Assembly (NCBI GenBank): GCA_965263035.1
Contig: OZ253580.1
Location: 1,280,001 to 1,344,000 of the forward strand
Origin: Acidobacteriota bacterium
Lineage (GTDB): Bacteria > Acidobacteriota > UBA6911 > RPQK01 > JAJDTT01
Reading direction: 5' to 3'
Length of the DNA: 64,000 nucleotides
This document shows, piece by piece, positions 60,401-64,000 of the stretch. How positions within the stretch are numbered: position 1 is the stretch's first letter; each line of letters begins with the position of its first letter. A program made the position numbers and the translations under genes. Under the pieces are notes generated by a model. That model saw nothing but the letters and a program-made list of their open reading frames with translations. It was not told the DNA's origin and did no database searches.

Positions 60401-60739
60401 GACGGTCATGGAGAAGTCAAGGCGCGCCCGCTGCCGAACTTCGAGCCGCACTCCTTCTCTCACCTGCGTCTTGAATGCCGGGAGTGAAACGCGGACGGTG
60501 TAGATGCCCGGAGGCAGGTTCTCGACGACGTAGTCCCCACGCTCGTTTGTGATCCCACCTCGGGTCACGTTCGTGGCGACGTTGGTGATGTCGACGCTCA
60601 CACCCGGAAGCGCCCCTTGGCTGATGTCGCTGACTGTCCCCACCAGGGTAGCGTCTTCGCCCTGAGCCATTCCCGGAATGCTCGCGAGCAACCCTGCCGC
60701 AATAATCAGACTCAAACGGATAACGGTGTTAGTCCTCAT
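57413..60739 (-). CDS. TonB-dependent receptor with carboxypeptidase-regulatory-like N-domain (Oar-like)
   Basis: GTVSDISQGALPG, DAIQEFKV, KSGTNEFHGS, QFGATLGGPI, DSWRVTPNLTLTLGIR, DFAPRIGIAW, RQIQFALRIDF terminal Phe. Confidence 0.92.
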   Translation of the reverse strand: MRTNTVIRLSLIIAAGLLASIPGMAQGEDATLVGTVSDISQGALPGVSVDITNVATNVTRGGITNERGDYVVENLPPGIYTVRVSLPAFKTQVREGVRLEVRQRARLDFSMTVGEIAETITVTGASPVVETETADLGAVTTERQIKDLPLNERDIFQLARYMTGAVVAPLRDIPAAQPRLPGFNGQQYSQNLLLLDGTPNQDLTQSMPTTRPSPDAIQEFKVVTNNYSAEYGRVAGAVITMVSKSGTNEFHGSIWDYARNDALDANNFMANRVGTGTVPYKRHQFGATLGGPIFKDSTFFFFSYEGLRQRSNFVRSQISPTENERNGIFGLDGHWPDRIIYDPMNVVDGQRMPFPGNRVPADRMNPVARAIFQDGTFLPLLPNQPPGSNPNFFWNAVDNTDVDKWNIRIDQNFEGGDQLWGRWTWQRSPKTTGFHYTPNVTFIQDRQRGFQVAAGYIKNFGPTVNNELSIYLGRKHSKNSPPDELHQNWAEVFGFDHADTVPEAGWGVPRTRIRPYPDLRSMDNEYDFGTDGGAKEVISWNKGDHLIKFGISTQRYKLISGGARTGGGGMGFDGYATAQIGGSQSQVIADFLLGYPSSVSYTLRHDFINNYPTKSFYNWFLGDSWRVTPNLTLTLGIRHEISLPVLMSDGRGLAFFELGSDRYNPVARLLKDAPVQPILGGPLEGPNRSPIPAVLLDTRRVTEPDYRDFAPRIGIAWRPFGGNRTALRVGYGRSFDDSTFVYFRSAGNLPQLTGASNGRNPRGQVPTVIYGIAPSIVAGSSLSEWPSNYMADPHWTPGDVQNWSLSLQHELMPETRVEVAYVGNKGSHQFGARNFNVALPEGVRFQLPNDGATVTATGAQLDRRPYPPIRPNRYIISDMNTSYNSFQTRFERRFSDGLSLVAGYTWSKNLLTNQQRTAQNEYDRSASRTIAPWHAASAFYTTGIYELPFGRGLQGLGRQLLYGWELTTLVTLQSGQPQMEIDAGSDVLNIGRRRVVLPDRTCDGNISEGNRSVTKFFDTRCFSVNPTTYGNSVAFPIRTDGIINFDIGLMKRFALGETRFVEFRTEFFNVFNNVNFGPPRGNVSSGSFGVVTTAGMARQIQFALRIDF

Positions 60740-61021
60740 GTCACCTCCTTCGGCGAGAAACGTTGCGTCACGCTGGGGCGGGATCTGGTTCCGTCTCCAC
60801 GCCGGAAGACACGATCAGGGACGGCCAATGGGAATCCGCCCGACAAGGCAGGCGCAGTCATGGACATCCGGAGCAAATGCGATGTGACGGCGAGGGAGAC
60901 TCTCTGCGTGACCAGCATGATGAACGAGCCAACAAACGGTCTTGGTCTCGATGTTGAATGATCTGAACCGAAGGTTGGCGCCAAGGGTCAGATCACGCAA
61001 CCTCTTTATGTCTCTATTACT

Positions 61022-61037
61022 AGCAATTCCGGTTCCA
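61022..61037 (-). promoter_or_regulatory. Sigma54 (-24/-12) promoter for the TonB-dependent receptor
   Basis: Minus strand TGGAACCGGAATTGCT: GG-N10-GC spacing with TTGC, in an AT-rich region about 280 bp upstream of the ATG. Confidence 0.6.
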
Positions 61038-61210
61038 GGATGCAACACACCTCTTTGCAAATTGCTTAAATCGGCCACGTTAAGCCCATCTGCCGAACTT
61101 CCCGGAACGGGAGCGGATTCAACCATTTGGACAAAACCCAGGGATGTGGTTCAAGAATTTGGAACGCACGGATGGAACACGGTACACATACGCCCGTTGC
61201 CTTCCAGTGC

Positions 61211-61632
61211 CTATTCGATCCAGAAGGAATCCAGGAGTCTGCGCGGTAGGAATGATCGTAGCGAGAAAGCGGGGAATCGAGGCCAGATTTTCTCGATTTG
61301 GAGGTGCATAGTTGTTCTATTCGCCGACAAATCGGGGAAATATGGACCGATTCTACCGCTTTCGCAGTAGATCAATTTCTGCCGCACAAGCTCCTAGCTT
61401 GGCGTCGCGAAGGTGAAAGACCAAGCGGACGTAACGGTCGTTCAGAGGCCGCTCTTTGAGGGAGGCGAGCGACTCACTCCCCCTCCAGACGATTCGTCGC
61501 CGGGTGGTGTCCCCCCGGATCGCCCGGCGAAACCTCTGATCTCCACTGGACGGACGCGGTTCCGAGCGACGCAGCCGCGATGATGACTGCCACAAGCGGG
61601 GCGAAAGACCGGGTAGAGCTTGTCCTCTCCAT
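61211..61632 (-). pseudogene. Collapsed beta-propeller GH-like gene remnant split by a MITE
   Basis: AAGGAGG+ATG and a signal peptide fused out of frame to the family C-terminus IRGDTTRRRIVWRG..YVRLVFHLRDAKL; continues beyond the MITE as DSFWIE-stop. Confidence 0.7.
61235..61393 (+). mobile_element. MITE family A, copy 4 (159 bp)
   Basis: Near-identical to copy 1; flanks CCAG/CTAG. Confidence 0.85.
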
Positions 61633-61714
61633 TTGAATTGCCCCCTCCTTCCACCAAGAACGGCGGCTCCTCCGTCCGAGCAGAACCACGGCTGTGGAGG
61701 AGGGCGCTTCCCCC

Positions 61715-63244
61715 TCAGCGGAAGCGAATCGAATAAAGATCGGCGTCCCTCATGCGGAACCGGATCCGGATCGGCTCGCCGGCGATCTCCGCCAGGCTCG
61801 ATCCCGCCTTCCAGCGAACCACCTGCTCAATGCGATCTCCCACGATGGCGGTGCACTCCGGCAGGGAAAAACCGGGCACAGCCTCTCCCCGTTCATCCTG
61901 GATCTCCACCCGGATGCTTCCGGCGGCGGACGTGGAACCATTGAGGACGAGTTCCCGGCCTCGAAACTTGAAGGCCTTGGTGACCATCTCACTCCCAGCG
62001 TAGGGAGAATGGACGGAAACGAACCCATCCGTCCGGAGCGTGTAGCGCCGGATATGGTGGGTGGACAGACCATAGTCCCGAGCCACGTAGAGCGACATTT
62101 CTCCCGAACCGGTCGGCACCGTTCCGACGCCTGGAAAGTTGGTTCGCGAGAGCCAGTTTCGGCGCCCCAGGCCGGGTCGAATGAAGCCTTCGCGAAAGGT
62201 CCGGTCATAGACGTAACCGCCGCGGCTGGTCATGAAGACCACGTCGGAGCAATCGTCCCACCTCCCCCCGTGGCCCCCGGGTTCCAGGGTTCGTCCTTTT
62301 TCGTCGCTGAGCACGCGGCGCCCCTGCATGAAACGGGGGATCAGGGCGATATGGATATGGGGCGCCCTGAAGTAGGGCTGGGTGCCGAAAGTGTAGAAGT
62401 CCTGGCCTGGGATCGGGCCGGCCCCTCCAAAGCTCATGGGACGATGCCTGCTCCAGTGCAAGAAATCGGGGGAGGTGGACTTCTGGATGGAGCGGACCAG
62501 CTTCCCCTTCGGGGAGCGGAGATTGCAGCGCGTATAGTGCACGTAGAAGTTCTCGACCGGACTCCAGAAAGCGGCGCCTGCCCCGACGGGGCCATATTCA
62601 GATTCGAGATTCTCCAGGATCACAGGATCCTCTCTCAGCCTCTTCCAGTGAATCCCATCCCCGGAAGCGTAGGCCATGACCCCCTCCTCCGGTTTCAGCC
62701 GAGGCGGCGACTTGAGGGCCTTCAACCGCTCGGAAGCCGGGACTCCGGGGCGGGAGTCCAGAAAGGGCGCGAAGCCCCCGGAATCGAAGATGACGTTGTT
62801 TCTGCGAGTCCCCTTGCGTTCGTAGAGGCCAAGTTCCGGTCTGGACCAGCGAATTCCGTCTTGACTGACGGCGTAGCAGGTGGATTCCTCGGTCTGCTCT
62901 CCATCCTTCCATTCCGGAAAGCCGTGGTAATACATGTGATAGCGTTGGCCGTCGCGGATCACCCGGGGAGCACCCGAGTAGATCCCCTCCCAAGGCCGGT
63001 CGTACACGAGGACGACCTCCGCGGGTTCCGGATGGTGCAAATGGAGACGAGCCCCTTTCAGCTGCTGAATCAAGTAGCGATCCACAAACAGCTCAAGACG
63101 GGAGCCTATATCTGCTACCGCCCCGCCTCCGGCAGCCCCTGCCATGGGATTCAGGAAACAGAGCGTGATTACGCACCAGGCGAGAACCGGCCTCACTGCG
63201 CGGCAGGCGCCCGGGCCCATGGGCAGATCCCTTCTTATGGTCAT
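61715..63244 (-). CDS. Secreted beta-propeller GH-like protein (paralog 9, close to 38013)
   Basis: IGSRLELFVD, CYAVSQDGIRWSRP, YFRAPH, DCSD, NWLSRTNF, DGFVSV, DADLYSIRF. Confidence 0.78.
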   Translation of the reverse strand: MTIRRDLPMGPGACRAVRPVLAWCVITLCFLNPMAGAAGGGAVADIGSRLELFVDRYLIQQLKGARLHLHHPEPAEVVLVYDRPWEGIYSGAPRVIRDGQRYHMYYHGFPEWKDGEQTEESTCYAVSQDGIRWSRPELGLYERKGTRRNNVIFDSGGFAPFLDSRPGVPASERLKALKSPPRLKPEEGVMAYASGDGIHWKRLREDPVILENLESEYGPVGAGAAFWSPVENFYVHYTRCNLRSPKGKLVRSIQKSTSPDFLHWSRHRPMSFGGAGPIPGQDFYTFGTQPYFRAPHIHIALIPRFMQGRRVLSDEKGRTLEPGGHGGRWDDCSDVVFMTSRGGYVYDRTFREGFIRPGLGRRNWLSRTNFPGVGTVPTGSGEMSLYVARDYGLSTHHIRRYTLRTDGFVSVHSPYAGSEMVTKAFKFRGRELVLNGSTSAAGSIRVEIQDERGEAVPGFSLPECTAIVGDRIEQVVRWKAGSSLAEIAGEPIRIRFRMRDADLYSIRFR

Positions 63245-63391
63245 CTCCCCCGTTTTGAAGAGCCGGTCAGACGACTTGGATCATCACTTGATCGGGACAA
63301 CGCGTCGGAAAACTGCCTCTTCAAGCTTTTGGCCTGCCGGGTGCCATCGTGAAACCGGTCACGGCGATTGATGGCGGGACAGTCGTGCCAT

Positions 63392-63426
63392 CGTCGCCAT
63401 GATGCCTCGACGGCATCATGGCGACG
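63392..63426. repeat. Perfect 15 bp inverted repeat in a divergent intergenic region
   Basis: CGTCGCCATGATGCC-tcgac-GGCATCATGGCGACG. Confidence 0.75.
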
Positions 63427-63522
63427 GGATTGGACGGATGGTATCATGGGGAAAACGAACTGGGACAGGCCGGAAAGGCAGGTCCGTTTCATGGCATCCA
63501 CAATGACCGCGGAGAAGCTTTC

Positions 63523-64000
63523 ATGAGCACGCTTTCCGCGGTTATTCTGTTTCTGACCCACCTCTCTTCTCTTTCCGGTCTTCCCCAGGACCAGAAGCCT
63601 CAAGAGGAAGAGATCGATTACTACAAGAAATGGCTGCAGGAAGACGTTCGCTACATCATGGTCGACGAAGAACGGGCCGTCTTCGAGAAACTCAACACGG
63701 ACGACGAGCGAGACGCCTTTATTGAACAGTTCTGGCGCCGCCGCGATACCGACCCGTCGACGGCGATCAATGAGTTCCGGGAAGAACATTACCGTAGGAT
63801 CGCCTACGCCAATGAGCGATTCCGGTCCGGCATCGAGGGCTGGGCCACCGACCGCGGCCGAATCTACATCACTTTCGGCCCCCCCGACAATATCGACGAC
63901 CATCCCGGTGGATACTACGCCCGGCGTCCGGAAGAGGGGGGCGGCATGACCAGCACCTATGCGTTCCAGCGCTGGTTCTACCGTTTCATCCCTGGCATAG
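63523..64000 (+). CDS. GWxTD domain protein, 3' end runs off the window
   Basis: Read by hand: YYKKWLQEDVRYI...FIEQFWRRRDTDP...EHYRRIAYANERF...GWATDRGRIYITFGPPD. Confidence 0.88.
   Translation, partial: MSTLSAVILFLTHLSSLSGLPQDQKPQEEEIDYYKKWLQEDVRYIMVDEERAVFEKLNTDDERDAFIEQFWRRRDTDPSTAINEFREEHYRRIAYANERFRSGIEGWATDRGRIYITFGPPDNIDDHPGGYYARRPEEGGGMTSTYAFQRWFYRFIPGI

Noticed and set aside
1-64000. tRNA, rRNA or CRISPR arrays
   Set aside because: None recognised by eye; the repeats found are dispersed, not regularly spaced. A tRNAscan/Rfam run would be needed to exclude small RNAs.

Overview
GC-rich bacterial DNA, most likely Acidobacteriota (inferred from a GWxTD-domain protein, an Oar-like TonB-dependent receptor and a DUF2911 protein). 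Most of the window is an expanded, partly decaying glycan-degradation region: nine paralogous secreted beta-propeller glycoside-hydrolase-like genes, five intact and two broken sulfatases, one intact and one truncated sialidase, a GH109-like and a Gfo/Idh/MocA oxidoreductase, an MFS transporter and a TonB-dependent receptor with a predicted sigma54 promoter. The left part holds a Fic/UDG/PIN toxin-antitoxin islet, a ferredoxin-cysteine hydrolase-MBOAT-pdxA run, a PafB/PafC-like WYL pair and a SodC-like protein lacking most metal ligands. Two ~158-159 bp MITE families and a short REP-like motif are scattered through it. The most notable feature is a 1244 bp transposase-free element (30799-32042) encoding an intact TnpB. 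It is bounded by 22 bp terminal inverted repeats and an 8 bp target-site duplication, an IS1595/ISNwi1-like DDE signature rather than IS200/IS605 or IS607 ends. The predicted omegaRNA scaffold appears to incorporate the right inverted repeat. All assignments are by eye from motifs; no database searches were run.
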